Of a stretch of 64,000 nucleotides of DNA, positions 1-10,307 are shown piece by piece. The stretch lies in assembly GCA_050248855.1 (NCBI GenBank), contig JBFWRP010000016.1, positions 29,121 to 93,120 of the forward strand, read 5' to 3'. Under the pieces are notes generated by a model, which was not told the origin of the DNA, did no database searches, and saw nothing but the letters and a program-made list of their open reading frames with translations. The number at the start of each line of letters is the position of its first letter. Positions within the stretch are counted from its first letter, which is position 1. Source of the DNA: Planctomycetota bacterium (GTDB taxonomy: Bacteria > Planctomycetota > PLA2 > JAEUHO01). Both the position numbers and the translations under genes were made by a program.

Positions 1-1048
1 CCTGCAGGGCCGCCCCCACCACGCAGATCACGCTCGCAGGGAGCAGGACCTTGTAGCAGAGGTACATGACGCGATCGACGCGGAAGCGCGGCAGGCTCCA
101 ACGCACCCAGATCATCACGAAGAGCAGGAAGATCGTCTTCGCGAAGAGGATGCCGAAGCCGAGCCAGCGCGTGCCCGGGCCGGTCAGGTCGACGGGGAAC
201 CCGGGGGACCACCCACCCAGGAAGAGGATCGCGGCGAGCGCGGCGAACAGGATCATGCCCGCGTACTCGGCCAGGAAGAACACGGCGAAGCGGAAGCCCG
301 TGTACTCGGTGTGGAAGCCGGCGACGAGCTCGCTCTCGGCCTCGGGCAAGTCGAACGGGGCCCGCTTCAGGCTGGCGAGCGACGCGGTCGCGAAGATGAA
401 GAAGGCGAGGAACGCGAAGGGCCCGCGGAACACGTACCAGTTCCAGATGGCACCTTCCTGCTGGACGACGATGTCGGTCAGGTTCAGCGTGCCGGCCAGG
501 ACCACGACGGCCAGGGCCGAGATGCCGAGCGGCAGCTCGTAGCTGATCATCTGCGCGACTTCGCGCATGGCGCCGAGCACGGCCCACTTCGAGTTGCTGG
601 CCCAGCCGGCCATGATCACGCCCACCACCTCGATGGAGGTCAGGGACAGGATCACGAAGAGGCCGATGTTCATGTCGGCGGGGACGAGACCGAAGCCCCA
701 CGGCAGCACCGCGAACGCCACGAAGGCGCCCGCGAACACGATGATCGGCGCGAGGAGGAAGACGATCCTGTCGGCGCTGGCCGGAATGATGTCTTCCTTG
801 GCCAGCAGCTTGACGCCGTCGGCCACGAACTGGAGCAAGCCCTGGGGACCCACGCGGTTGGGTCCGATGCGGGCTTGCATGCGGCCGGCGACGCGACGCT
901 CGAGCCAGACGGTCTCGCCCGCGACGACGCTCACGAACACGAGCACCAGCTTGCAGGCCAGCACGATGGCGATCGTGTAGACCAGCCCCGCCGGCACGGC
1001 TTGGAGCCACGTGTGTTCCCGGATCAGCTGGTCGAGCCACGCCTGCAT
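1..1048 (-). CDS. nuoH: NADH-quinone oxidoreductase subunit H (3' end runs off the window)
   Basis: Manual minus-strand translation from ATG 1048, which overlaps the nuoD stop: ERRVAGRMQARIGPNRVGPQG, GWASNSKW, ISYE, RAPFDLPEAESELVAGFHTEYTG, PRFRVD. Confidence 0.95.
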   Translation of the reverse strand, partial: MQAWLDQLIREHTWLQAVPAGLVYTIAIVLACKLVLVFVSVVAGETVWLERRVAGRMQARIGPNRVGPQGLLQFVADGVKLLAKEDIIPASADRIVFLLAPIIVFAGAFVAFAVLPWGFGLVPADMNIGLFVILSLTSIEVVGVIMAGWASNSKWAVLGAMREVAQMISYELPLGISALAVVVLAGTLNLTDIVVQQEGAIWNWYVFRGPFAFLAFFIFATASLASLKRAPFDLPEAESELVAGFHTEYTGFRFAVFFLAEYAGMILFAALAAILFLGGWSPGFPVDLTGPGTRWLGFGILFAKTIFLLFVMIWVRWSLPRFRVDRVMYLCYKVLLPASVICVVGAALQ

Positions 1049-2253
1049 CAGCGGTCCACCTCGCCGAGCACGATGTCCATGCTGCCGATGAGCGCCACCA
1101 GGTCGGCCAGGAGCACGCCCTCGGCCACCTCCGTGATGACGGCGATGTTGCTGTAGGACGGCCCGCGGCAGCGGCAGCGGTATGCCGTGTCCTTGCCGTC
1201 GCTCACGAAGTAGCAGGCGAGCTCGCCGCGCGGGTTCTCGCCACGCACGTACACCTCACCGGCCGCCGGGCGGAAGCTCTTGGGCATGTTCGCCATGACC
1301 GGGCCCTCGGGCATCTGGGCCAGGGCCTGGCGGATGATCCGGACGCTCTGTTCGACTTCCTGGGCGCGGATCCAGTGGCGCTGGAAGCAATCGCCCAGCA
1401 CGCCCGCGATGCCCGAGGCGCCGTGGGGCACGTCGAAGTCGAAGCGGTCGTAGACCGAGTAGGGCGCATCGCGCCGCACGTCCCAGTCGACGCCCGCCGC
1501 ACGCAAGCCCGGGCCCGTGACGCCCCAGCGCACGGCGGTGTCGCGATCGATCACCCCGATGCTGCAGGTCCGCTCCTGGAAGATGCGGTTCTGCATGAGG
1601 AGCAGGTTGTACTCGGGCAGGCGCTTCTCGACGGCGTCGAGGAAGGCGTCCAGCTCGTCGAGCCACTCGCGCGAGAGGTCGCGCTTGACGCCACCGATGC
1701 GCACGTAGTGGTAGAGCAGGCGCCCGCCGCTGATGTGATCGAGCAGGTCCATGCCCCGCTCGCGCTCGCGGAACTGGTGCAGGAACGGCGTGAACGCACC
1801 CAGGTCGAGGCCGTACACGCCGATGGCCATGAGGTGGCTCAGGATGCGCTGCACCTCCGCCACGATCACGCGGATGTACTCGGCGCGCTCCGGCACCCGG
1901 ATGTCACCGAGCTGCTCGATGGCCATGCACGCGACGTGCTCGTTGCACATCGCCGCGAGGTAGTCCATGCGGTCGACGTACGGCAGCCACTGGTAGTAGG
2001 GCACGCTCTCGCCGATCTTCTCGGCGCAACGGTGCAGGTTGCCGACATGGGGCTGGAGCGCACGCACGATCTCGCCATCGGTCTTGATGACGACGCGCAG
2101 CACGCCGTGCGTGGCCGGGTGCTGCGGACCGATGTTGAGGACCATCTCCTCGGTGCGCAGGTCGCGACCGACGAGCAGCTGGCGCTCGTGCAGCTCGTGC
2201 GTGGGCTCGGCCTCGGAGGGCGTCAGTGCCGGGGAACGACCGTTGGTGCTCAC
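1048..2253 (-). CDS. nuoD: NADH-quinone oxidoreductase subunit D
   Basis: [33 protein letters not shown]-terminal [12 protein letters not shown]. Start chosen at GTG 2253, overlapping the nuoC stop. Confidence 0.95.
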   Translation of the reverse strand: MSTNGRSPALTPSEAEPTHELHERQLLVGRDLRTEEMVLNIGPQHPATHGVLRVVIKTDGEIVRALQPHVGNLHRCAEKIGESVPYYQWLPYVDRMDYLAAMCNEHVACMAIEQLGDIRVPERAEYIRVIVAEVQRILSHLMAIGVYGLDLGAFTPFLHQFRERERGMDLLDHISGGRLLYHYVRIGGVKRDLSREWLDELDAFLDAVEKRLPEYNLLLMQNRIFQERTCSIGVIDRDTAVRWGVTGPGLRAAGVDWDVRRDAPYSVYDRFDFDVPHGASGIAGVLGDCFQRHWIRAQEVEQSVRIIRQALAQMPEGPVMANMPKSFRPAAGEVYVRGENPRGELACYFVSDGKDTAYRCRCRGPSYSNIAVITEVAEGVLLADLVALIGSMDIVLGEVDR

Positions 2254-2828
2254 AGGCCCTCCGGCGGGACGATCGGCACACCGTGGTAGGTCGCGGGCGT
2301 CTCCCAGTCCTTGCGCAGCGGGTGGCCCGGCCAGTCCTCGGGCAGCAGGATGCGACGCAGGTCCTTGCGGCCCGTGAAGCGGATGCCGACGAGGTCGAAC
2401 GTCTCGCGCTCGTGCCAGTCGGCGCCCGTCCAGATGTCCATCACCGTGGGCACGTCCGGGGCGCCACGGGGCACCCGCACCTTGAGGCACAGCCAGGGGT
2501 CGTTCTTGGGCGTGCGCTTGCGGTAGGCCGCATCGGGCTTCTTCGCGTACGAGCAGAGGTGGTAGACGGCCTCGAGCTCATCGTCGGCCTTGTAGTCCAC
2601 GCCCGAGACGAGGTGGCAGCAGTCCATCGCCAGCCCCTCGTCGTCGCGCAGCAGACGGGCCACGGCGCGGAGCGACTCGGGCTTGACGCGGATCCAGGGG
2701 TGCTTGCCCCCGGTCTCGCTGGCTACCACCGCGTCGGGTACCTCGCGCTGGACGAGGTCGAGGGCCGCCTTCGTGATGGGGTCGGCCTCGTTCGTGGCGG
2801 CGTCCGCGGCCGGAGAGGTCTTGGCCAT
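2250..2828 (-). CDS. nuoC: NADH-quinone oxidoreductase subunit C
   Basis: [16 protein letters not shown] and [18 protein letters not shown] signatures; ATG 2828. Confidence 0.93.
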   Translation of the reverse strand: MAKTSPAADAATNEADPITKAALDLVQREVPDAVVASETGGKHPWIRVKPESLRAVARLLRDDEGLAMDCCHLVSGVDYKADDELEAVYHLCSYAKKPDAAYRKRTPKNDPWLCLKVRVPRGAPDVPTVMDIWTGADWHERETFDLVGIRFTGRKDLRRILLPEDWPGHPLRKDWETPATYHGVPIVPPEGL

Positions 2829-2842
2829 CGCGCGCCCCCCTC

Positions 2843-3379
2843 CTAGGCCAGGCCCGATGCGAGCGCCGGCTGGCGCGCGATCTGGGTCAGGGTGCCGCCG
2901 CCGCGCTCCGCGATGCGGAACTGCAGCTTGCGGATGGCGTCGATCAAGGCCTCGGGCCGTGGCGGGCACCCCGGCAGGTAGATGTCGACGGGCACCACGA
3001 GGTCCACGCCCTGCACGACGTGGTAGCCGTACTTCACGTAGGGGCCACCCCCCACCGTGCACGCCCCCATCGCGATGACGTACTTGGGGTCGGGCATCTG
3101 GTCGTAGAGACGGCGCACGCGCGGGGCCATCTTGTGGGTCACGGTGCCGGCCACGATCATGAGGTCGCTCTGTCGCGGCGAGGCGCGGAAGACACCGGCC
3201 CCGAAGCGGTCGAGGTCGTACTTGGTGGCCGCCGTGGCCATCATCTCCATCGCGCAGCAGGCGAGGCCAAAGGCCATCGGCCAGAGCGCGTTGCGCCGGC
3301 CCCAGTCCTTGAGCCAGTCGACCTTCGTGAGGATGACCGACTGCTGCAGCTCGGGGTCGAGGTAGAGGTCGTCAGGCAC
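2843..3379 (-). CDS. nuoB: NADH-quinone oxidoreductase subunit B
   Basis: [37 protein letters not shown] start at 3379 is preceded by GGAGG. Confidence 0.95.
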   Translation of the reverse strand: MPDDLYLDPELQQSVILTKVDWLKDWGRRNALWPMAFGLACCAMEMMATAATKYDLDRFGAGVFRASPRQSDLMIVAGTVTHKMAPRVRRLYDQMPDPKYVIAMGACTVGGGPYVKYGYHVVQGVDLVVPVDIYLPGCPPRPEALIDAIRKLQFRIAERGGGTLTQIARQPALASGLA

Positions 3380-3884
3380 GGGCGCCTCCGTTGCGGGCGT
3401 CCGCGTCGGCACCGGCCAGCGCGAGCTCCGCCTCGTCCTCGCCCGCCACGCGGACGGCGGAGCGCCGCGCGAAGTCGGACGTGGCGGGGTCCCCGCCCTC
3501 GGGCCGCTCGGGGGCCCAGTCGATGTCGCCGCGGGCCCAGACGTAGGCCAGGCCCACCATGAGCACGACGATGAACGCGCCCGCCTCGATGAAGGCCAGC
3601 ATCCCCAGGCCGCGCTCGGCGAGGTCCCGGAAGATCACGCCCCAGGGGAACAGCAGGGCCACCTCGACGTCGAAGACGACGAACATCAGGGCCACGGTGT
3701 AGAAGCGGATGTCGAAGCGGACCCAGGCCTGGCCCACGGTCGGCTCGCCGCACTCGTAGATCTCGAGCTTGTCGCCCTCGACCCTCAGCTTGGGCCTCAG
3801 GAGCCGGGCGATGACCAGGTTGAGCGCCACGAAGGCGACCCCGATCAGGGCGAAGGCAAGGAGGTTGGCGAGCTCGAAATACAA
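3372..3884 (-). CDS. nuoA: NADH-quinone oxidoreductase subunit A
   Basis: YECGE and [14 protein letters not shown], three hydrophobic segments. The TTG start is uncertain. Confidence 0.92.
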   Translation of the reverse strand: MYFELANLLAFALIGVAFVALNLVIARLLRPKLRVEGDKLEIYECGEPTVGQAWVRFDIRFYTVALMFVVFDVEVALLFPWGVIFRDLAERGLGMLAFIEAGAFIVVLMVGLAYVWARGDIDWAPERPEGGDPATSDFARRSAVRVAGEDEAELALAGADADARNGGARA

Positions 3885-4124
3885 GGCTTCGGCCCCCGGA
3901 ACGCGGACGGTCGGCGCAGGGTAGCAGCGGGGTCCTTGCCCCCGGATCGGATTCACAGCGGTTCACGCGGCCGTCCCGAGGGCCCTGCGGCGGCCCTCCG
4001 CGCGCTGCGGGACAGCCGCCGGGAGGAGAGGTCGTAGCCCGTCGCGTTCCTCGTGGCCCGGCGCCCACGGCGGGTACCATCCGCCCCGTCCCCGGCTGCC
4101 GGCCCGACCCTGGAGACCCCCCCG

Positions 4125-5333
4125 ATGCACGCCGCCCGCGCCCCGCTCGCCGCTCCCCTCGCGTTGGCCCTCGCGTTGACGCTGCTCGTCCTTCCCGCCC
4201 CCGCCCACGCCGCCGACCCGGCCCCCATGCCGGGAGTGGGCCTGGCCGAGGCCTGGCCGGGCGTCAAGTTCACCGAGCCGGTCTTCTGCGTCTCGGACGG
4301 CTCGGCGGACAGCATGTTCGTCGGTGAGCAGCCCGGGCAGATCGTGAAGATCGCCAAGTGGCGGGGCCAGGGCGCCGTCCCCCAGCCGACCGTCTGGCTC
4401 GACCTCAAGAGCAACGTGGCGGTAGGTGGCCAGGGTGGGCTGCTCGGCTGCGCCTTCCACCCCCAGCACGCGCAGAACGGCCGCGTGTTCGTCAGCTACC
4501 TCATGAAGGGCCCGGGCGGGGAGAACGCCTTCGTCCTCGTCGTGAGCGAGTTCACGGCGACGCCGGGCGGCGGCTGCGACGCCGCCAGCGAGAAGCGCGT
4601 CCTGCAGATCGGCAAGCGCCGCAACATCCACCAGGGCGGCGGCCTGGGCTTCGGTCCCGACGGCATGCTCTACCTCGGCGTGGGCGACGGCGGTGACCCC
4701 GTCAGCCCGCAGACGGTCGGCAAGGACTTCCCGTCGCAGACGCCCGGCAACCCGCTCGGCAAGATCCTGCGCATGGACGTTTCCGCCGCGGGCAAGTGCG
4801 TGCCGGGTGCCGGCAACCCCTGGGGCACCCAGCAGGGCTGGATGCCCTTCATCTTCGCCTACGGCTTCCGCAACCCCTGGCAGTTCGACTGGGACGCGCA
4901 GGGCCGCTTGTGGACGGCCGAGCCTGGGACCAGCGGCGAGGGCTCGCGCGAGTGGGTCACCGAAGTCAAGCGCGGCATGAACCACGGCTGGCCCTACCTC
5001 GAGGGCGATCGCCCCTTCGCCCAGGGTGGCGGCGCGGCGCCTCCGGGCGTCGTGATGCCGGCGCTCGTCTACCAGAGCGGCCAACGCGCCGGCGCGGCCG
5101 TGGCGGGCAAGTTCTACAAGGGCAGCCGCGTGCCGGCCTTGAAGGGCAAGCTCATCTTCGTCGACTACATGCGCGGCGAGGTCTACTCGCTCGACGTCAG
5201 CAGCGGCACGGGCACGGACTGGCGCCTTCTCGGCCAGGTCCCGGAATGCTCCGCCGTGGGCCGCGACAACGACGGCGAGGTCTACATCTGCAGCAACGGC
5301 AAGAACTCGATCTGGACGGTCATCCCCCGCTGA
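4125..5333 (+). CDS. Exported glucose/sorbosone (PQQ-dependent sugar) dehydrogenase family beta-propeller protein
   Basis: Signal peptide; GLLGCAFHP, HQGGGLGFGPDGMLYLGVGDGG, GKILRMD, AYGFRNPW, GMNHGWP motifs. Confidence 0.85.
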   Translation: MHAARAPLAAPLALALALTLLVLPAPAHAADPAPMPGVGLAEAWPGVKFTEPVFCVSDGSADSMFVGEQPGQIVKIAKWRGQGAVPQPTVWLDLKSNVAVGGQGGLLGCAFHPQHAQNGRVFVSYLMKGPGGENAFVLVVSEFTATPGGGCDAASEKRVLQIGKRRNIHQGGGLGFGPDGMLYLGVGDGGDPVSPQTVGKDFPSQTPGNPLGKILRMDVSAAGKCVPGAGNPWGTQQGWMPFIFAYGFRNPWQFDWDAQGRLWTAEPGTSGEGSREWVTEVKRGMNHGWPYLEGDRPFAQGGGAAPPGVVMPALVYQSGQRAGAAVAGKFYKGSRVPALKGKLIFVDYMRGEVYSLDVSSGTGTDWRLLGQVPECSAVGRDNDGEVYICSNGKNSIWTVIPR

Positions 5334-5416
5334 ACCGCAGCGGACGGCCGCGCGTCCTACCGGGCGTGCGGCCCGCGCCGCCCTCTCCCGCTCCCACGCC
5401 TGACCGGAGTCACGCC

Positions 5417-5746
5417 ATGTCGATCACCCTCACACCCAAGGCCGCCAAGAAGGTGCGCCAGCTCATGGAGGACCCCAGCCAGGAGGGGGCCCAGGGCCTT
5501 CGCGTGCGCGTGGCCGGCGGCGGCTGCAGCGGCCTCACCTACAAGCTCGAGCTCGAGCGCGCCCCGGACGACAAGGACCAGGTCAGCGAGAGCGAAGGGG
5601 TCCCGATCTACGTGGACCCCAAAAGCGCACTGTTCGTCGATGGCACGCAGATCGACTACCACGAGTCGATGATGGGGAGCGGCTTCGCGTTCTCCAACCC
5701 CAACGCCAAGGGCACGTGCGGCTGCGGGACCTCGTTTACGGCGTGA
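5417..5746 (+). CDS. iscA: HesB/IscA family Fe-S cluster assembly protein
   Basis: GGGCSG and NPNAKGTCGCGTSF; 109 aa. Confidence 0.9.
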   Translation: MSITLTPKAAKKVRQLMEDPSQEGAQGLRVRVAGGGCSGLTYKLELERAPDDKDQVSESEGVPIYVDPKSALFVDGTQIDYHESMMGSGFAFSNPNAKGTCGCGTSFTA

Positions 5747-5772
5747 GCGCCCTGGGAAGAGCCCCAAGAAGC

Positions 5773-6333
5773 GTGAGCGAGACCGACACCCTGCGCGAGC
5801 TCGTCGGTCGTGTGGTCAACCAGCACGGCCCGGACTTCGAGCACTGGTTTCCCGCCACGTTCGACTGGATGGCGGCCTGCTCGGATGCGGCCGGCATGGC
5901 CGAGCGCGCGGGCGGCGGTCGCCTGTCCGACGAGGCCATCGCCGCCCTCGCCGCGGCCGCGGGAGAGCACTTCCGCTTGGGCTATCTGGCCGGGCTGCTC
6001 ACGCTCGCGGCCATCGACCCCTACGACGCCGACCCCGAGGGCCTCGTCGCCGAGCTCGTCGAGCCGCTCGACGATGACGACGAGGAGCGTTTCGGCGCGC
6101 TGGCCACGGACCACCTCGACGCGATCGAGGCGCGCCTCGGGGGCGATCCCACGCGCCATCCACCGGGCACCGAGCGCCTCGTGACGTTGGCCGAGCGTGC
6201 ATGGACGCCGCTCTCCACGTGGTTCGAGAGCACGCCCACGGGGCAGCGCACGAAGTGGCGCCCCTTCATGCTGGCCTTCGCGCGCCTTGGCGCGGGGCTC
6301 TCCGCGTTGCGCTGGCATCTCGCGGGGCGCTAG
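5773..6333 (+). CDS. Hypothetical protein
   Basis: Acidic, protein-like ORF with GC-rich third positions directly after iscA. The GTG start is inferred. Confidence 0.6.
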   Translation: MSETDTLRELVGRVVNQHGPDFEHWFPATFDWMAACSDAAGMAERAGGGRLSDEAIAALAAAAGEHFRLGYLAGLLTLAAIDPYDADPEGLVAELVEPLDDDDEERFGALATDHLDAIEARLGGDPTRHPPGTERLVTLAERAWTPLSTWFESTPTGQRTKWRPFMLAFARLGAGLSALRWHLAGR

Positions 6334-6347
6334 CGTGGTGAGGCAGG

Positions 6348-6545
6348 AGTCCCCTTGCATCTCCAGGTGCTGCGGGCTGGGCTGGGGGCGATCAGGCCGC
6401 TTCGTCAGCCTCGAGTAACAGATACGAGTCGGCCTCCTCATCGGCCTTCCGCTCCCCATCCAGCCCGCCGATCAGCGTCGGTCGCCCCGAGCACACAGAG
6501 CCGGGAGTCACGGCCCTGCGGCTTGGTACACATCACCGGACTTCT
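6348..6545. ncRNA. Candidate structured ncRNA (about 185-195 nt, possibly 6S-like)
   Basis: Non-coding gap whose ends pair (TCCAGGTGCTG 6362-6372 with CATCACCGGA 6531-6540). Internal pairings: GCGGGCTGG 6372-6380/CCAGCCCGC 6460-6468 and GGGGCGA/TCGCCCC. Strand unresolved. Confidence 0.3.
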
Positions 6546-6652
6546 GGAGCGGGGCGCTAGCCGGGCTTCCGCCCGCGGCAGTCCCGCCCGGCGAGGCGCG
6601 TGGCTCGGCGAGGCGTATCCTCCGCGCTTTCCCATCTCCCCTCGGAGGTCCC

Positions 6653-7624
6653 ATGAGCGAGAACGGCGTCGAGAAGGTGGTGATCATCGGGTCCGGCCCC
6701 GCGGGGTGGACCGCCGCGATCTACGCGGCACGCGCGAACTTGAACCCGCTCGTCTTCGAGGGTTTCCCCACGCAGGAGATGATCCCCGGCGGCCAGCTGA
6801 TGTTCACGACCGAGGTCGAGAACTTCCCCGGCTACCCGCACGGCGTGACGGGCCAGGAGATGATGGCGGACCTCAAGGCCCAGGCCGTGCGCTTCGAGAC
6901 GCGCGTCATCACCGACGACATCGTGAAGTGCGACTTCAGCCAGCGCCCGTTCGTCATGGAGAGCGGCGAGAACGGCACGGTCCGCGCGCACACGGTGATC
7001 CTCGCGACGGGTGCCAAGGCCAAGTGGCTCGGCATCGAGAACGAGAAGCGCCTCGCCATGAGTGGCGGCGGCGTCAGCGCCTGTGCCGTGTGTGACGGCG
7101 CACTGCCGGTGTTCCGCGACCAGCACCTCGTCGTGGTCGGTGGTGGCGACACGGCCATGGAAGAGACCGATTACCTCACGAAGTACGCGGGCAAGGTGAC
7201 GCTCGTGCACCGCCGCGACGAGTTCCGCGCGTCCAAGATCATGCAGGACCGCGTGCTGAACAACCCGAAGGTCGAGGTCGCCTGGAACAGCCAGGTCACG
7301 GAGGTCTTCGGCGATCAGATGATCACCAGCGTCGAGCTGACCGACACGAACACGGGGGCCAAGCGCAACCTCGACGTGAAGGGCCTCTTCATCGCGATTG
7401 GCCACACGCCCAACACGGCCTTCTTGGGCGGCCAGATCACGACCGACGACACCGGCTACATCGTGCTGGCCGAGCCCGGCACCACGAAGACGAACATCCC
7501 CGGCGTCTTCGCCGTGGGCGACGTCGCCGACAAGGTCTACCGCCAGGCCATCACCGCCGCCGGCACCGGCTGCATGGGCGCGCTCGACGCCGAGCGCTAT
7601 CTCGCCGCCGAAGGCATCCACTAG
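6653..7624 (+). CDS. trxB: Thioredoxin-disulfide reductase
   Basis: IIGSGPAG, VENFPG, CAVCDG, GGGDTA, HRRDEFRA, YRQAITAAGTG; GGAGG RBS. Confidence 0.97.
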   Translation: MSENGVEKVVIIGSGPAGWTAAIYAARANLNPLVFEGFPTQEMIPGGQLMFTTEVENFPGYPHGVTGQEMMADLKAQAVRFETRVITDDIVKCDFSQRPFVMESGENGTVRAHTVILATGAKAKWLGIENEKRLAMSGGGVSACAVCDGALPVFRDQHLVVVGGGDTAMEETDYLTKYAGKVTLVHRRDEFRASKIMQDRVLNNPKVEVAWNSQVTEVFGDQMITSVELTDTNTGAKRNLDVKGLFIAIGHTPNTAFLGGQITTDDTGYIVLAEPGTTKTNIPGVFAVGDVADKVYRQAITAAGTGCMGALDAERYLAAEGIH

Positions 7625-7630
7625 ACGGCA

Positions 7631-7690
7631 GGTGCCTGGCTCCTTGCTGCGGAGCGGCAACGCCGCGACGCGCGCAAGGCGCCAAGCTCC
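7631..7690. repeat. Degenerate copy of palindromic repeat module A
   Basis: GGTGCCTGGCTCCTTGC...GCAAGGCGCCAAGCTCC; its core GCGGAGCGGC..GCCGCGACG is shared with 17434-17487. Confidence 0.6.
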
Positions 7691-7938
7691 GCAGGCGGGC
7701 TGCCGACGACAGGCAGTCCCCCGGCGCCACGTAGGCGACGCAACCCACGTTCAGGCGATCGGCGCCCGAACGAGCCAGGCACGCGCCCCGCGCTGGGCAG
7801 CGTCGTGCCGCCCGCGCTGCTTGGTGCCGTCAGGCGCGGGGGCATGTCCCCAGCCTGGCGCCCCGCCATGTGGCGGGCGGCGGGGCGGCTTGTCGTGGAC
7901 CCCTGTGAGCGGCGGTGCGCCGGGAGGAGGAGTCGACG

Positions 7939-9006
7939 ATGAGGTGGGGAGCCCTTGCAACTTTCGTCTTGATGGGCCTTGGCGGCTGCCAGACGGTCAA
8001 GCGCGTGCACTACGACCAAGCCGGGGCCCGTGACGCCATCACGCAGCTCCAGTCGGACCAGATCTTCGACAACGTGGTGCGCCTCTACAACGGCCTACCG
8101 ATCGTCCACATCGACTACAAGGAGGTCCAGGCGCGAACGGAAGACACCATCGGCGGGGAGTGGTCGGGAGCCTCAGGTCGCGACCGCACATCCAAGCACG
8201 GGCCCTCCGTCACCGAGGCCGTGACCACGGACGCTGCGGGCGGGATGTCGTCTGTCGCAACCACCGTTCTGGACAACAGTCGCAGCCTCGTCGACAAGCT
8301 CGGGCAGTCCGCCAAGGTGGGTGGTTCAAGCGTCTCTTGGCTCGAGCTGGACGCAGATCCCGTCGTGAACACGCCCCACGCGGGCCGCGTCTACGGCGCC
8401 TACATGAAGTTCGTCTCGACGCCGGGGAACTTGATCTGCTGCAGCTCCCCGCCGCACCCGGGTCAGGCCATCGTGGCAAAGGCCTACGGAGGTAGCTGGT
8501 ACTTCGTGCCCGCGCACGATGGTGCACGACACGCGTACCGGGAGCTGGCGCTGGCGACCCTGGGCTTCGGGGCGCCGCCCAAGCCGACGGCCATCAGGGC
8601 GAAGGTTGCATCCGTCGACAAGTTCAACGTCGAGCCTCATGGCACGCACCACGACGCCACGATCCAGTTCGAGAGTGCGGTCCCGAACCGCGACGGTCAC
8701 ATGTTGCTCGCTGCCGCAGGCTCGGAGCTTCGACTCCAAGTCGTTCACATCGACGGCATCCCCATCGGGAGCATGACCCAGAAGCTGACGCTCCAGTATC
8801 CCGTGGCCCTCTTGGCGGTCATGCCCTGGGAAGTCTTCCAAATGCTGGCCATCAATCGCCCTGCGGAGCTCCACCTGGGCGAGACTTCGCTGGGGGGTAG
8901 CCATCTCCCGGGGCCGGACGCCATCTCCATGCGCGCCGAGCTCGAGTACCTCAATCGCAGCCAGGGGCGCGAGTACCGCGACTTCCTGCGCGAGGCAGGG
9001 CGCTAG
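7939..9006 (+). CDS. Hypothetical lipoprotein
   Basis: GGAGGAGG RBS, hydrophobic leader and lipobox LGGC; 355 aa. Confidence 0.7.
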   Translation: MRWGALATFVLMGLGGCQTVKRVHYDQAGARDAITQLQSDQIFDNVVRLYNGLPIVHIDYKEVQARTEDTIGGEWSGASGRDRTSKHGPSVTEAVTTDAAGGMSSVATTVLDNSRSLVDKLGQSAKVGGSSVSWLELDADPVVNTPHAGRVYGAYMKFVSTPGNLICCSSPPHPGQAIVAKAYGGSWYFVPAHDGARHAYRELALATLGFGAPPKPTAIRAKVASVDKFNVEPHGTHHDATIQFESAVPNRDGHMLLAAAGSELRLQVVHIDGIPIGSMTQKLTLQYPVALLAVMPWEVFQMLAINRPAELHLGETSLGGSHLPGPDAISMRAELEYLNRSQGREYRDFLREAGR

Positions 9007-9129
9007 CTCGGCCGACTTCCCATGGCGCCTGGTCCAGGGAACAGGCTCGGTCGCCTCCGCTGATTGGCCCGCATCGCTGCGCTCTGTCGCCGCGAGCCGG
9101 GCACCAGGGTGCGGCATACACTCCGCGCC

Positions 9130-10302
9130 ATGGCGGCGCCGATCTACTTGGACTACGCGAGCGCGGCGCCGCTTCGCGACGAGGTGCGCGAGGCGATCGC
9201 GCCGTGGGCGGGGGAACGGTTCGGAAGCCCTGCGGCGCGCGGGCACCCGGTTGGCTGGGCCGCCGAGGCTGCGATCGAGGCCGCGCGCGCGCAGGTGGCG
9301 GATCTGCTCGGTGCGGAGCCGCCCGAGATCGTGTTCACGAGCGGCGGGACCGAGGCGGACAACCTGGCCGTGCTCGGCGCGGTCGGTGGCCGGGCGGGCC
9401 AGCCACGCCACGTGATCGCGTCGGCGGTCGAGGGTCTGGCGGTCCTTGACTCCGTGAAGCGGCTGGCCCGCGACGGCGTGGAGACCACGCTGCTGCCCGT
9501 GGACGGCGACGGGCTCGTGGCTCCCGAGGCGTTGGCCGCGGCGCTACGCGACGACACCGTCTTGGTCGCGATCCAGGCGGCCAACCCCGAGATCGGCACC
9601 ACCCAGGACCTGGCCACGCTGGGCGCGCTGTGCCGCGAGCGCGGTGCTCTGCTCCACGTCGATGCCACGGCCGCCGCACCCTGGATGCGCTTCGCACTCG
9701 CCGACGCCCCCATCGACCTGCTGTCGATCACCGGCGAGACGCTGGGCGCGCCCGGCGGCATCGGCGCGCTCTACGTGCGTCGGTCGCGCCCCCGCGTCCG
9801 CCTGCTCTCGCAGCTGGTCGGCGGGGCCCAGGAAGGCGGCCGGCGTCCGGGCTTTGCCAACGTCCTGGGCGCCGTGGGCCTCGGCGCGGCCTGCGCCGCG
9901 GTCGACGCCCACGGGGAGGTCGACGCGCGCACGGCGCGGGACCGCCGCGACGCGTTGCACGAGGCGCTCGTGTCCCGCGTCGCGGACGTGGCCCTGGTCG
10001 GCCACGCCACCGCGCGCCTGCCCAACCACCTCGCGCTCGAAGTGCGCGGCGTCGAGGGCGAGAGCTTGCTCGTCGGAGCGCCCCAGATCGCCATGGCCAC
10101 CGGCTCGGCGTGCTCGAGCGCCACGCTGGAGACGAGCCACGTGCTGGCGGCGATCGGTCTGGACCGCGCGCGTGCCTCCACCGTGGTGCGCCTCACGACA
10201 GGCGCGGAGACGACGGCCGACGAGATCGCGCGGGCCGCTGACCGGCTGGTCGAGGCCATCGCCCGCTTGCGCAGCCTCGGCGCGTCCCTCGGAGGGGCCT
10301 GA
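9130..10302 (+). CDS. IscS/NifS-like cysteine desulfurase homolog with degenerate PLP site
   Basis: IYLDY, EIVFTSGGTEADN, GIGALYVRR, GSACSS. SGHK is replaced by TGET. Confidence 0.88.
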   Translation: MAAPIYLDYASAAPLRDEVREAIAPWAGERFGSPAARGHPVGWAAEAAIEAARAQVADLLGAEPPEIVFTSGGTEADNLAVLGAVGGRAGQPRHVIASAVEGLAVLDSVKRLARDGVETTLLPVDGDGLVAPEALAAALRDDTVLVAIQAANPEIGTTQDLATLGALCRERGALLHVDATAAAPWMRFALADAPIDLLSITGETLGAPGGIGALYVRRSRPRVRLLSQLVGGAQEGGRRPGFANVLGAVGLGAACAAVDAHGEVDARTARDRRDALHEALVSRVADVALVGHATARLPNHLALEVRGVEGESLLVGAPQIAMATGSACSSATLETSHVLAAIGLDRARASTVVRLTTGAETTADEIARAADRLVEAIARLRSLGASLGGA

Positions 10303-10307
10303 GTCGC

